Virus record (IMG/VR): IMGVR_UViG_3300033066_000360
Span: 20,154 to 84,153 of that record
Source of the DNA: a virus
Lineage: Duplodnaviria > Caudoviricetes
Length of the DNA stretch: 64,000 bases
Direction: 5' to 3' (one strand)
The notes beneath the pieces were generated by a model. It ran no database searches. It was not told where the DNA came from and saw nothing but the letters and a program-made list of their open reading frames with translations. This document shows, piece by piece, positions 41,828 to 53,600 of this stretch. Made by a program: the position numbers and the translations under genes. The number at the start of each line of letters is the position of its first letter. Positions within the stretch are counted from its first letter, which is position 1.

Positions 41828-44800
41828 TACGCTATCCTCACCCAGTTTGTACCATCACTCTTAATTATTACTCTAGACCATTGGGCTGTGCCAACATTAA
41901 GAGTCGTAGCTCCGTTAATTGTATCTGAGCCAGCCCTTGTAATCACAATATCCTTTGTTCCGGAGTCTACCTTCACAAAGATATACTCTCTGCCATTGCA
42001 TGTTGAAGCCGCCACGAGTGTTGCTGTAATGTCCGCAGCACTACCAGTTGTCACATAGTAGGCACTAGCATTGGCATCCACAGTGAAGTTTGCACTCTTG
42101 GCTGTCCCTGTTGTTGCAAAAGAACCATCTACATGGAGCCTGCTTGTCGGAGTTAGGTTGGATCCAAATCCGGCATATCCGCCACCGGCATTGTCCAGAA
42201 TGTTCATGTGATACGTTCCCGATCCACCGAACCACTTAAGCTTCCCGGTTCCACCAGCGTTGTTATTAAGCTCCATGTCGTAGTTTCCGCCACCAGCGGC
42301 AGTAGAAATACGACCAGTTGCATAAAACGACAAGGAGTAGAGATTGGTTATCCCTTGGTTACCCATAGAGAAACCAGCGCCGAAGTTAATACCAGAAGCA
42401 CCTACCCCAAGAACGTTCACATATCCATCCCCGGTAGAGTTCATACTCTGTATGTTCTGGCTGTATGGGAATGTAAAGTATCCGCCAGGAAGGGATCCGG
42501 CTCCAATTGTCAACCCTGACACAACAACGCCTGCCTGATGGAGCCACATTACATCAGTAGTGCCAGATGGACCAGTTGAGAACTTGCCACCAGTTGTGTT
42601 GAACGCGCCAATTGCCCCACCCAGAGATGCATCAGCCGTATTGTCCTGATAGGTTGTTGTCGTATTGTCGTTGATTGTGGCAACAAATTTGTAAACACCA
42701 AGACCATTTGCGTTCCTGTAAATAGATCTAGAGGTCACCACCCCTGTAGTCCCTGTCGGGATTCCAGTCAAGTTGATCTTCTTGGAGGTGACTGTTATGC
42801 TGTTTGATAGGTTTGCATACCATCCGGTGTTACCCTGAGCAGTATTAAGAGTTACCTTGTATCTATATGTTCCATTCGGATTTCCCGCTACGCCACTATC
42901 AGCAGCCGTTGGGCCTGCTGGAGTCGTCTCCTGCTTAAACTTGAAGTTGGTATATCCCCAGTCCCAAGATGGAGTAGATGTGCTATACGCAAAAGATGGA
43001 AGACCGCTAGAGCCGATTGTTAAAGCAACCCAGTTAGAGGTATCGTACCGCCATCTCATTTGCTCGGTTGTAAGCGTCAGCATGGCGCTACCGCCGATTG
43101 TAAGTGCGCTTCCAGACTCAGAGAGGATTGAGTCTCCCTGAGATAATGCTCCGGTCCACTTGACAATCTTCCCGTTAGTTCCGGTCCCCGTATGGCTTGT
43201 TGGAATATCACTCAATAGAGCAATTGTTCCACTGGCATAGGGGAGATAGATGATGTTATTCCCCGCAACATCTGGTGGCCATAGATTGATTTGACCAGAT
43301 GTTAGACCTGCCAAAAGCAGGGGACCGCGATGCTGTAGTGAGTAGTTACCCGCAATAATATCCATGTACGCGGCTGATGGAGTAACCGGTATCTCTGGCA
43401 TGTTATATGTAAGAGGTTCGCCATCCCACTCCACATTCCCAATATCGTAAACAAAGGTTCCTGTCGATGTTGAATACCAGTAAAAGCCAGTTAGCCCAGA
43501 CCCATAATTCCACGTTTCATCTATTAGCCTAATGTAATAGCCATCTGCTCCGGTTACCGGATTCAGCGTCACATCCATGTGATACCAACTGCCGCCAACG
43601 CCATTGTCGGTTCCAGATAATTCCAGATATCCAGCACTAAATATCTGCCTTCCACCGACAACCTTATATGCCCAGATCCTGACTTTCTGATCGTAACTGC
43701 CGTTATCTGGACCGCCCCACGAATAGTTAAACGCCCAACTCCCCGTGGGTGTCGCAAGGGCGAGATCGGCTGTTTTTATGTCTAGACTGTATGCCGTATT
43801 CCTATTTGACCCGGACCCCGCATTAAGTGTTGTTGTGGCCTTTAGACCACCAGATGACGTAACAAGTGTCCCCGATTCTGTAAGGATGGAGTTCCCAATC
43901 GCATTTGTCCCGGTGAACTTTGGAATCGTTCCGGTTGTGCCAGATATAGCAGAAGTAATGTCGCCAACCAAGGCAAGTGTTCCAGTAGCTGTTGGAAGAG
44001 TAAGTGTTCCAGATCCGGCTACTGCATTGGCCTTAATTAGAGTCGCCCCAGATGTTGATCCACTGAGTCTAAGTGCTGGCTGAAGAGTGACATAGCCCGT
44101 TCCGGCAGTTGTTCCGGAATAGATTGTCATTGTTGCGCCACCACCATCACCACTCAGGGCCTGGAAGTCTACACTCCCTGTATATCCACTTGTTATTGCA
44201 TTTGCCGCCAAAGACAGCAGAGTATTTGAAGATGTTCTGCTTGCGGATAGTCCGGCATTTATATTAAGCGCAGACATACTAGCGCCAGTGACCGAGAGAG
44301 ATGAGTCCCCAATACTATTTGTGCCAGTGAATTTGGGAATCTTTCCAGATGTTCCGCTTATAGCAGAGGTGATATCAGATGCAAGCGCAAGAGTTCCAGT
44401 AGTAGAAGGCAGGGTTAGCGTAGGAGTAACCGTAGCCGCCGCCTGAATTGTCGCAAGACCCGAAGTGGCCCCTGCTATTTTCAAAAGATTGCCAATCCAC
44501 AAGGAATCGTTTATTTCTACATTTCCGAGTGAATCTGCAAGAACTTGGGATGTTTTTCCAACCAGAAATGCTTTGTTGGCCGTAAATCTCGCGGCTTCTG
44601 ACGAGTTAATCTTAAAGAGAAGCGCAAACGCGGATAGTGTTCCAGAGGATGTCTGGAACGAGTTTACAAATGCCTCTGTCGATGTTCCGGATATTTGAAC
44701 ACCCTTACTGTTGTCTGGATCCGATGAGCCAAATGATGTAAATGCAGATGATGTGCCAGAGCCATTTGGAATGGCACCAACATTAGATGCCCCGTTCGTT

Positions 44801-45417
44801 GTAGACGACTGGAAAAGCGTTCTATTTACTCTTGGGGAGCTAGAGAAATCTCCCATTATCCTTGCGGAAGTCCCAGAGATAATTACCTGAACGCCATTAA
44901 GAGATAGTGTTGAGGAGTAACTTAGCTGACCAGTTGCAGACACATAGGCTACTCTGCCTATCTCTCCGACAAGTGGAGTGGGAAGCAGTGACGTACTAAC
45001 GTCTACGGCATTGCTTGTGATCTGAGTGCGCCCGGACACTACGTTTACATTCGTAACTCCACCAACTGTTGTAGACAAACCGTTCCCGGCGGTAAATGCT
45101 CCACCCCCACCGGATGATCCAGATGCCATTACGCTTGAGCTAGAAGTTACCTGTTCCTTGGACGAGATAGGAATAGCCTGTTTCTCGCCATCCGAGTGGA
45201 ATACTATTGTTACATAGTCGCCCACATTTGGAGAAAGCCCACCTGTCTTCACCTTCTGAATAACAGTATTCCCGCCAACGGCGATAACATCAACATATCC
45301 ACCCTCGGATCTGACGACTCTTCCGATCTTTGTTCTTGTTGACTGCTTGGAGCGTATCTCTTGATTAAATAATGGCATAATATTTCCTGCACGCAATTGT
45401 AGTCTTTGCGCTACCAA
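41827..45417 (-). CDS. tail fibre / receptor-binding protein (likely start ATG 45378)
   Basis: G/S/T-rich, internal repeats, fibre-like C-terminal domain. Confidence 0.8.
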   Translation of the reverse strand: MVAQRLQLRAGNIMPLFNQEIRSKQSTRTKIGRVVRSEGGYVDVIAVGGNTVIQKVKTGGLSPNVGDYVTIVFHSDGEKQAIPISSKEQVTSSSSVMASGSSGGGGAFTAGNGLSTTVGGVTNVNVVSGRTQITSNAVDVSTSLLPTPLVGEIGRVAYVSATGQLSYSSTLSLNGVQVIISGTSARIMGDFSSSPRVNRTLFQSSTTNGASNVGAIPNGSGTSSAFTSFGSSDPDNSKGVQISGTSTEAFVNSFQTSSGTLSAFALLFKINSSEAARFTANKAFLVGKTSQVLADSLGNVEINDSLWIGNLLKIAGATSGLATIQAAATVTPTLTLPSTTGTLALASDITSAISGTSGKIPKFTGTNSIGDSSLSVTGASMSALNINAGLSASRTSSNTLLSLAANAITSGYTGSVDFQALSGDGGGATMTIYSGTTAGTGYVTLQPALRLSGSTSGATLIKANAVAGSGTLTLPTATGTLALVGDITSAISGTTGTIPKFTGTNAIGNSILTESGTLVTSSGGLKATTTLNAGSGSNRNTAYSLDIKTADLALATPTGSWAFNYSWGGPDNGSYDQKVRIWAYKVVGGRQIFSAGYLELSGTDNGVGGSWYHMDVTLNPVTGADGYYIRLIDETWNYGSGLTGFYWYSTSTGTFVYDIGNVEWDGEPLTYNMPEIPVTPSAAYMDIIAGNYSLQHRGPLLLAGLTSGQINLWPPDVAGNNIIYLPYASGTIALLSDIPTSHTGTGTNGKIVKWTGALSQGDSILSESGSALTIGGSAMLTLTTEQMRWRYDTSNWVALTIGSSGLPSFAYSTSTPSWDWGYTNFKFKQETTPAGPTAADSGVAGNPNGTYRYKVTLNTAQGNTGWYANLSNSITVTSKKINLTGIPTGTTGVVTSRSIYRNANGLGVYKFVATINDNTTTTYQDNTADASLGGAIGAFNTTGGKFSTGPSGTTDVMWLHQAGVVVSGLTIGAGSLPGGYFTFPYSQNIQSMNSTGDGYVNVLGVGASGINFGAGFSMGNQGITNLYSLSFYATGRISTAAGGGNYDMELNNNAGGTGKLKWFGGSGTYHMNILDNAGGGYAGFGSNLTPTSRLHVDGSFATTGTAKSANFTVDANASAYYVTTGSAADITATLVAASTCNGREYIFVKVDSGTKDIVITRAGSDTINGATTLNVGTAQWSRVIIKSDGTNWVRIA

Positions 45418-48400
45418 TGGTCATCTCGTGAAGAACCGAGTCAACCACATAATCATTTGATGTTAACCAAGAGATACCATGCTCAACATCAATAGTTGGG
45501 AGAAGTGTCCCTGTTATCTGAAGACGTTCGTTTGATTCCCTTTCTTGTCGTATTTGAAGTCTTGACTCCAGTCGAGCATCACCAGCAGTAAGGATCAATC
45601 TGTTTGGGGACTCTCTGAACACATATCCGTTTGTTCTAATCCAAGATGGATCCACAATCTCTGCAAACGTGGCCCCCGATGATTCAACATGTCCAGCGGG
45701 AACCAATGCGTTTTGAGATTCAGAATATGATCCGGTGTAATGCCCCTTCAGATTTCCAGTCGTAAAATCGTGAGACCACCATCTATCAAAGTATCGTCCA
45801 AATGCCAGTCTTCCGGTTGAAGTGGGATTCATCTTTACCCATCTGCCATTAAGTAGGAATCCCAGAGCAGATGAGAACGGACTTCCTCTGTCAGAAACAG
45901 TAGCTTCAACTTCATCTCCCATGCCATCTACCCACACCATAAGATCAGCCTGTGTAGTTGCTGTTTCCACCGTAACACTGGATGAGTCCGTGTTGTAAAA
46001 GATGGATCCAGCCGCATTGGTATATTGGGAGAGATCAAATGTCCATAGCTGTTCATCCATGCAATCAACGGATAGAACATCTCCAGACAGAGATACCCTG
46101 AATGGATGTGTAAGATTTGTCGCAATTGGGATGAACAGCGGAACCTCTACCTCTTCCAGAATGTTTGTTGTCCCATCCCAAGTTAGTGTTAGCTTCACCG
46201 CTCTTACTGAAGTATCTCCAGTAAATGCGAGAGCAGATCCGTCCCAAGCAGAAATTGTCAGAACATACTTCCCGCCTCTGAATTTGGCAACCAGATTCTT
46301 GAATGTAGTGGATGCCTTAAACCAAAAGGATGCTCCAGCAGAAGTGAAATAGCCAGTGTTGATATCCTGCGGAGTCCCTGTCGGGTTCCAGCTACCAGAA
46401 TAGAATATTGGCTTTATTCCTGCCATTGATACTGTCGAGTGAATGGCATCTGTAGTTGACCTATATGGACCAGAGAAGGCTGTATGCCTGAGGAACTTTA
46501 TTGAATCAGTAATTGCAGCAGGAGCGGGAAACGATGCTGAAGCATGTGGCTTCACCGGATACAAGCACATGTATTCACCTTTTGAGTGTGGAACATATTT
46601 TGTTCCGAGTTGTCCTCTTGCCCAAATGACAGCAAAATCGCCCTCAGTCCAAGCACTTGGACCGGATATTGTCGGTTTATTTAGTTGTAGATACTGCCAA
46701 TATCCTGGCGCTCCCTCGACCGTATATCCAGTGACATGAAGATCTGTGTAATTGCTTCTTTGGACCGCAAATGGCTGAAGAGCCAGAACCATCGCGTCTG
46801 CTCCCATTCCAGCAGTTCCGCTGTTATTCCACCCTTTCCAAACACTTTCCACACCCGGAAGGTGATAATAGAGACCCGTATATGAGTTATACAGTGTTGC
46901 GTCTCTTATGTTGAGAACCCCACCATAATTTGCGGAATATGGAGATGTAATTGGGGAAATAGTTGTCGGGATAAACAACAAGTATTCGTAATTGGATGTG
47001 TTTCCCTCTCGGACTGTCTTTTCTCCCCATCTGATTACTTCATCCCCAATAATCATGTATCCTCTCAGGGTGGCATTGTTGCCGTTCCGATATGACAATC
47101 CCAAAGTGGTTGTAAGCAACGGCGATCCACTCGCCTGAGTGATTCTATGGAGAATATTTGGGACAATGGCGAACTTAAAGTACTGCCTGTCGAATGTATC
47201 ACGCCCTACATTCCAACCGGTAGGAAATCCAGTCCCAGAGAATCTATCTACAGAGCGGTGATAAGAGCCAGTTGAATACCAGTCTCCTCCACGATAGTAT
47301 GGCGATGTCCTTGCGTACAATGCGCCAGAAACAATAATTTGCTCGTAATAGTTGCCATATCCGGAAACTTCTGTCGGAACGATTACCCCAGAGCCAAGAT
47401 TATCAAAAGTTGTGTCATCATTAAACAACTCGAAATCCTGATCTGATCCTGCTGTGGCAACAGAAGAGGATGAAAACCTTGTTACTCGTGGGCCAGCCTC
47501 CGCATCGGGCCAGATGTCATTCTTTTTGAACCATCCATCTGTCCCCATTGCCGCGCCCGTATACTTCTTTTTATCCCCACGAATAATGAAGTCTGTGTCT
47601 GAATGCATTTTGTAGTATGCTTTCAGAACATACTTGTTTGAAGTTGAGCTTAGTGGATTCCCGCCACCTCCAATTGGGTCGTAAGCTGTGTCCTTAATAT
47701 AGGCCAAAACCGCTCGTCCAAATGTCTTTATTGCTATATCGTATTCTTTGTCTTGGGCAATTGTGACATTGGCGTCATATTTGTATGATCCCGTTCCGGC
47801 CAGTCTATGCATCTTATTGATCGTGGTTGACGATGCGTGTGGGCCAACACCAAAGATTGTATCTTCTTGCTGGGAATAGGAACCTGGAGCATTGGCTCTG
47901 TTTCCATTGATCCCCACGGTCTGCTTGCCCCCCGGAGGCAAGTCCCATCCAACATGCTCTCCCTCGACTGGTGGGACACTAGCTACTGCAAGATGAGAGC
48001 CAAGCACGTTAAATCTGTTGTTCTGTGTAGCTACAGTCGAATCATTGTACGCAGTAGTAGAGTTATCAAAGTTGATTCTGTTCCCAAGTGTTGGAGAAGC
48101 CCCACTCCTGTCCTCTGCTGTTCCAAGAGACCCATAGATTGGCAGCTTTGTGGGAGGACTTATAAATACCCCCGCCATTTCTCCTGTTCCATACGCAGAA
48201 AACAAGGATCCGAATGTCTGAATACCAACATGGTTATCTACGTCTGAATCAAAGAACACCCTGCTCTTAACAAGAGTATTGTGGTTGTTCTGAGTGTTTA
48301 CAGAGTAGAAGATAGCCGGTCTGTTGATTCCCCACGCTCTAAATCCAAGAGTATCCCAAGCGCTATAAATATTGTCTTGAGCAGTCTTGTCAATAAAATG

Positions 48401-50218
48401 AGCAAGACTAGGAATACTATCCATCGCCCTACCGGTTAGCTTGAGTGGGCCGGAGGCTTTAGGCTCAAAGAACATGTCAATTGGAGCGGTCCAGTTTGCC
48501 ATCAATGTGCTTGCGGCATCCATGCCTCTAAGCGTTACTGGACTATTCAACCCACCGTCACTCGTTGAGTATTGCTCCTCCTCAAGAATGAAACTGCCAA
48601 TTTGAACAGTTGGGTGCGTTCCCGACTGGGCTTCATTTGTTGCCCAATATCGCAAATCAATAGAATTTCCAGACTGAAATTTTGATAGAGATGACCTAGG
48701 AACAACAATCTCAAGCTGATTCGCTGAGCCGGATGATCTAGATATCGTAATGGACAAGATATCGTCTGATGGAAGATATGGCGGGTTATGCGCTCTTGTC
48801 TCCTTCATATTTGCCCTCCATACCGAACCATCATTGCCAAATGCATACATGTATGGATCTAGCTGTGTGTATGGATCGGTAATCGCCGCAAATCCAGTCC
48901 ATGCACTCTCGGAAGTGAACTCTGAACTCCAGTAAGTAGCATTACTATGAGAAGCTATGGCTACTGACTTACCTGTGTTGTCTAGAAAGAAATTTCTAGC
49001 ACCAAAGGACCAAGCGAACTTCCCGGTATACATACCACTTGAGTTGCTGTTGGAATCGTTTAGGAGACCATTGCCTATCAAATAGCAGCTTACAGAAGTA
49101 GTTACCCCATCATCTGCTGTCCTTGTAAACTCTCCGGATAGATATAGCCCAGACCAAATCCTGTTGAACCGTGTATCAACCTGAACAAGTCCAGTTGGCT
49201 TGAACGAAGTTGTTCCCATCTTGTCCTGATAATCAGGAGTCAATGAATTGTATGTAGGGATAATCTCCCTAACATCTGAACAGAATCCATCTTTCTCAAG
49301 GAAATACATTGCTTTTCCATGCTTATCCGCATTAAAGACAATAACATTTTGTCCAGTCGGAGCTAGAGAAGCATTAATAAGACCCGGACCACTCCATGGA
49401 GATGCGAAGATAAAAGATGTCCACTGCAATACACTTCCGTATGTATCAAGTGGGGAGTAAGCCATGTCTGTAGCAGCAATCGGGAATTGCCAAAGAGCAT
49501 TTAGCTGAGTCCATACGGCTGATCCCGCCCCGGCTGTTGCATCCACCTTCCAGAATTCTATTGTTCCGTGTGGAATAGACTCATTTGTAGCTCCCGTTTG
49601 GACTGGAGTGTATCTACCCACGGCGACAATGAAGATATTTGTGGCCACTTCTGATACTGACTCCACTCTGCGAATATTAAGAGTGGCTCCAGTAAAGGAG
49701 AATGGACAGTTGGTTGCTACATCCGAATGAACTGTCGCATATGAACCGGATGTTCTTGTAATTACGGCCTTTCTGAGAGACGGTGTTCCGCTAGAGGTTG
49801 CCCACCTAGCATAAACCACTTCGCACACAACCGTAGCGCCTGTATTCTCGTCCTGAACCGCCTCTACTGTTACTGGTCTAAAGTGAACTTTTGGAGAGAC
49901 GTAGTATCCACTCTCTGCCGTATTCAGGTTAACAGGAGTCATTAGACCCCCACCAGACAAGTACTTGGGATCCTTACTCTTGTCGTGCGCTAGTCTCCAG
50001 TATCCGTCATTTGCTCTCCACCAGAAGTTGGCTTTCCAGCGTGAATTTGTATCATTCCCAGAGTAAACCATGTTGTTAATCTGCTGGACACAAAGAGGGA
50101 AATTAGGATCTATGCTGGCCCCTACAGGAGATACAACATTCTGGAAGTTATATACGTCTCTGCTAAGCCTATACTCCGCCTGTGGGATATAGGTTCTGGT
50201 TGTTGGCATGTGACTCAT
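45365..50218 (-). CDS. large tail tip/baseplate hub protein
   Basis: 1617 aa, position after the Dit-like gene. Confidence 0.65.
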   Translation of the reverse strand: MSHMPTTRTYIPQAEYRLSRDVYNFQNVVSPVGASIDPNFPLCVQQINNMVYSGNDTNSRWKANFWWRANDGYWRLAHDKSKDPKYLSGGGLMTPVNLNTAESGYYVSPKVHFRPVTVEAVQDENTGATVVCEVVYARWATSSGTPSLRKAVITRTSGSYATVHSDVATNCPFSFTGATLNIRRVESVSEVATNIFIVAVGRYTPVQTGATNESIPHGTIEFWKVDATAGAGSAVWTQLNALWQFPIAATDMAYSPLDTYGSVLQWTSFIFASPWSGPGLINASLAPTGQNVIVFNADKHGKAMYFLEKDGFCSDVREIIPTYNSLTPDYQDKMGTTSFKPTGLVQVDTRFNRIWSGLYLSGEFTRTADDGVTTSVSCYLIGNGLLNDSNSNSSGMYTGKFAWSFGARNFFLDNTGKSVAIASHSNATYWSSEFTSESAWTGFAAITDPYTQLDPYMYAFGNDGSVWRANMKETRAHNPPYLPSDDILSITISRSSGSANQLEIVVPRSSLSKFQSGNSIDLRYWATNEAQSGTHPTVQIGSFILEEEQYSTSDGGLNSPVTLRGMDAASTLMANWTAPIDMFFEPKASGPLKLTGRAMDSIPSLAHFIDKTAQDNIYSAWDTLGFRAWGINRPAIFYSVNTQNNHNTLVKSRVFFDSDVDNHVGIQTFGSLFSAYGTGEMAGVFISPPTKLPIYGSLGTAEDRSGASPTLGNRINFDNSTTAYNDSTVATQNNRFNVLGSHLAVASVPPVEGEHVGWDLPPGGKQTVGINGNRANAPGSYSQQEDTIFGVGPHASSTTINKMHRLAGTGSYKYDANVTIAQDKEYDIAIKTFGRAVLAYIKDTAYDPIGGGGNPLSSTSNKYVLKAYYKMHSDTDFIIRGDKKKYTGAAMGTDGWFKKNDIWPDAEAGPRVTRFSSSSVATAGSDQDFELFNDDTTFDNLGSGVIVPTEVSGYGNYYEQIIVSGALYARTSPYYRGGDWYSTGSYHRSVDRFSGTGFPTGWNVGRDTFDRQYFKFAIVPNILHRITQASGSPLLTTTLGLSYRNGNNATLRGYMIIGDEVIRWGEKTVREGNTSNYEYLLFIPTTISPITSPYSANYGGVLNIRDATLYNSYTGLYYHLPGVESVWKGWNNSGTAGMGADAMVLALQPFAVQRSNYTDLHVTGYTVEGAPGYWQYLQLNKPTISGPSAWTEGDFAVIWARGQLGTKYVPHSKGEYMCLYPVKPHASASFPAPAAITDSIKFLRHTAFSGPYRSTTDAIHSTVSMAGIKPIFYSGSWNPTGTPQDINTGYFTSAGASFWFKASTTFKNLVAKFRGGKYVLTISAWDGSALAFTGDTSVRAVKLTLTWDGTTNILEEVEVPLFIPIATNLTHPFRVSLSGDVLSVDCMDEQLWTFDLSQYTNAAGSIFYNTDSSSVTVETATTQADLMVWVDGMGDEVEATVSDRGSPFSSALGFLLNGRWVKMNPTSTGRLAFGRYFDRWWSHDFTTGNLKGHYTGSYSESQNALVPAGHVESSGATFAEIVDPSWIRTNGYVFRESPNRLILTAGDARLESRLQIRQERESNERLQITGTLLPTIDVEHGISWLTSNDYVVDSVLHEMTIGSAKTTIACRKYYAII

Positions 50219-50619
50219 TACAACACCTCCTCAAATTTTAGGTTGTAATAAGAGAACGAATCCGTGCTCCCGAGTACGGGGATTACGGGTTGTTCTTCTA
50301 TGTGGCCCTCATTAGCCAAGATCACAACAACATCTGTTGTTCCATCGAATAGTGTCAATGTAAGTGTTCCTGTAGTTTTCTCTAAGGCGAGTAGTTGAGC
50401 TTTAGTAATATATGAACCCGACTCCGTATCCTTTATTCTGGCCGTGAGCGTAATTGTTCTCCAACTGGCAGGACCAACTTGCTTAGTAGCCTTGCCAGTT
50501 AGAGATCTGAGAATCTGAACCGGAGTATCGTAGGACAGATGATAGGAAGGATGAACAACTCTGATCCATCTCGGAGTATTACTATCTGAGGAGTCCTTGA
50601 TAATTAAGTAGCTGTTCAT
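50218..50619 (-). CDS. distal tail (Dit-like) protein
   Basis: Position right after the TMP; LRSLTGK..R.ITL..F.EV. Confidence 0.55.
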   Translation of the reverse strand: MNSYLIIKDSSDSNTPRWIRVVHPSYHLSYDTPVQILRSLTGKATKQVGPASWRTITLTARIKDTESGSYITKAQLLALEKTTGTLTLTLFDGTTDVVVILANEGHIEEQPVIPVLGSTDSFSYYNLKFEEVL

Positions 50620-53600
50620 AGTAGAGTTCTTCTAGTATTCCTTCGAAGCGCATCTCCTCCATGGGTAATTACCGCTTCTGCGATAACTTTACCATCAATC
50701 GTTACGTAAACAGGAGTATTTTCCACAACACTAGAATTGCCGCGCCCTATCATTGCCGCTGTTCTTGTGGCTGGAATTACATTTCCTGGTCTATCAAATC
50801 TAACCAATTCTGGACCAGCATCTCCGAGAAGAATCTCGTCTCCGGCCTCAAAGCGCCCACCATTAGCATAGCCTTTGGCTGGACCACTTCTATATTCTGG
50901 CTCTTTCCTTGGGAATGGAATTGTCACTCCCATTGCCTTAAAGAGAGTATTAAAGAAGTCTTCCATCTGGGTAATCATTGCGGAGCTATTTGTGATTACC
51001 CTCGTTGCCGCCTCCGTGTTAATAGAGTCGATCTTTAGGCGAAGCTCTTCTGCATTCTTGATTTCGGTTGCCTGCAAGCCAAGTCTTGCTTGCTGTAACT
51101 TGAACTGCTCATCACCGAACTTCTTCTCGGCAACCCATCTTTCTTGTTCCTGCTTGTAGTTGATTTCCGCGAGCTTTCTATTCTCTTCGAATTGAGCAAC
51201 ATCTCTTGCGTGCTGATCTTTTTCCCTCTGGAAATCTTCTTCCGTCCACTTCTTTCGCTGCTCAAGCTGCTCTCTCTCAAGATTCCACCTCTTGTCCTCA
51301 AGAGCGGCCATTGTCTGGAAGTTGGCAAGCTGGAGTCTCCATCTCTCGTCCTCTCTCTTGTACTTGTCCTCTTCTCTTGTCTTCTCTCTGTTGAGTTGCT
51401 GAGAATCTAGATTGAACATCTCCGCCGCTCGTCCGCGCTCCCTGATAAGCTGCTGCTTCTCAAAACCCGTAGCTCTACGAATGTTCCTTTCGGCGTCTTC
51501 CATCTGCCATCCGAACTGGAGTTGACGCTTCTGCTGATTGAACTGCCAATCCTGCTGGAAGTACTGGTGGCCAAGATCAAGCTCTCTTCTCTGATATCCA
51601 AGATCGTACTGCCCCATTGCGCGGCTTTGTAGCTGCCCAGCACGAGACATATCAAGAGACTGCTGTTCCCAACCAAACTGCACTTGTTGTCTTCCATACT
51701 GAATCTGCTGACCTTGCCACTGGAAGGCCATATTCATCTGCTGGAAGTTGAAAGATCCAGTCGCGTTGTATTGCCCATATGGAGTTGCAACAGATCCGCC
51801 GAACTGTGATGCGCCACTCAGGGCAAGTTGTAGATCCTTTTGCGGTCTATTTACATTTAGCTCAAACTGACGAGCAATATTGGACTCTTGGAACGAAATG
51901 CCAATTCCCGCAAGTTGGTTCTGGTAGGCCATCCTTGCGTAGCGCTCCTGCAAAGCCGGGATACCACCCTTCCCTTCGTAATACTTTCCAGACATTGCAT
52001 CAATGTCTTCATTTGTGAAGGAAACACCGGTCTGACGCATCATCGCCTGAACGGTTGGGATGCTTTCCAATTGACCACGGACATAATCTGTTGTCATGCC
52101 TGTTGGCTGAGTGTCTCCGGAGATTTGTTTCTCCCAACCAGCCGCAGAATCCATGGCCTGAGTTAGTCCACCAAGAGATTGCTGGAATAGTCCCACTCCG
52201 CCATTCTTGAGGTCTACACGAGTTGCGGATCTCCAGGAATTTCCGGGTAGAACATTGTTGCCGCGAGCGAATATGGCAGAGTAAACAGGATCATTACTCA
52301 TGAACCCCATCAGTGCCTGATACTGACCCGCATTCAAATTTCTCTGCGTTCTTGCATATTTATCCTGCCAGTCAGTGAGATTCATTCCCATCAGAGAACC
52401 AGCAACCATTATCTCGTTGGACTGTTTTGCTCCCAACATTCCGCCATCATCTATTTCCGGCATTGCATCGGCCTGCATATTGACCGCTCTACGGGCCATC
52501 GAGAAATTTTGCCCCGCCAGAAGTCGCATTTCCATGGCCCCATTGCCACCAAGTCTCCTAAAGCTTTCTGCAAATCTTAACTGCCCAAGCTCAGACTTGT
52601 CCGTGTTGTATATGTTAGAGACACCAGCTAATTGGGCTGCGCCAGTTCCCATGGCTGCGCCAATTTGCTGAGCATTGCTCATTACAACATTTGGATCCGC
52701 GCCATATCCGATTCTTTCTGTAAGTCTAGCAAAGTCTGGGCTTGTATTGCTAATACCATTAGCAATCAACATTCCCATCGTCTTCTCTCGCATATCCCAA
52801 GGCATCTTTGTGTTCTCCCAAACACTGCCCATCTGCGGGTTGTTATCCATTGCGAGAGCCTTAATAGCAGCCCCTCTTACTTCGCCAGCGCCAATTACGG
52901 ATGGCCTCATTGCCTTATCGTAAGAAGGCTGGAACCCTTTCCCAGAAAGAATATCTCCGGGCAGTTCGGTGAATCTTGTAAATGCGCGGCCAATCTGCTC
53001 GCCTATTCCTAATTGTGCATAAGATACGGAGCCAGCACTTCCGAGATCACGTATATCCGCCCCGACTCTTCCGCGAATGTAATCTGATATTTGCTTAGAG
53101 TAGCCAGTCCCAAATATTCCCTGCTGTCCAGTAGCGATTGTATCTGCGGCCCTTGAAGAATAGTCCCCACCATAACCAATTCCATAGCCAACACCAGCGG
53201 CAATTCCTAGCCCAAGACCAACGGGAACAGCAAGACCAGCAAGTATTGCTCCAAGACCTCCAGCGGCAACACCACCCATGGCAGAAGAAGCGAATCCAAG
53301 ACCAACGGCTGCTCCAACACCAGCAGTAACGGCAGAGCCAATGCCCTGAACTAGTGGATTAGAAGCAACAAGATCTGGCCTACCACCCAAAGCGGTTGCA
53401 ATACCGCCCATGGTTGCGTATCCCGCATAGTTTCTGCCGGACTCTATGCCCTGCCAACGCCTCATCGCGTCATGAATTGGACCACCTTGCCCGGAGAATG
53501 ATCTGTCTCCCATGCCAAGCTGTGCTGCAAGCTCTACTCTGTTCTGATCTGTTTCTGCCGCTCCAGAAAGCATTGGGCCAAGTGTCATTCTCCAGTCTCG

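Noticed and set aside
48426-48435. GCCCTACCGG partial copy of the dispersed motif
   Set aside because: Inside a coding sequence and lacks the closing GC, so the hairpin is incomplete; likely chance.
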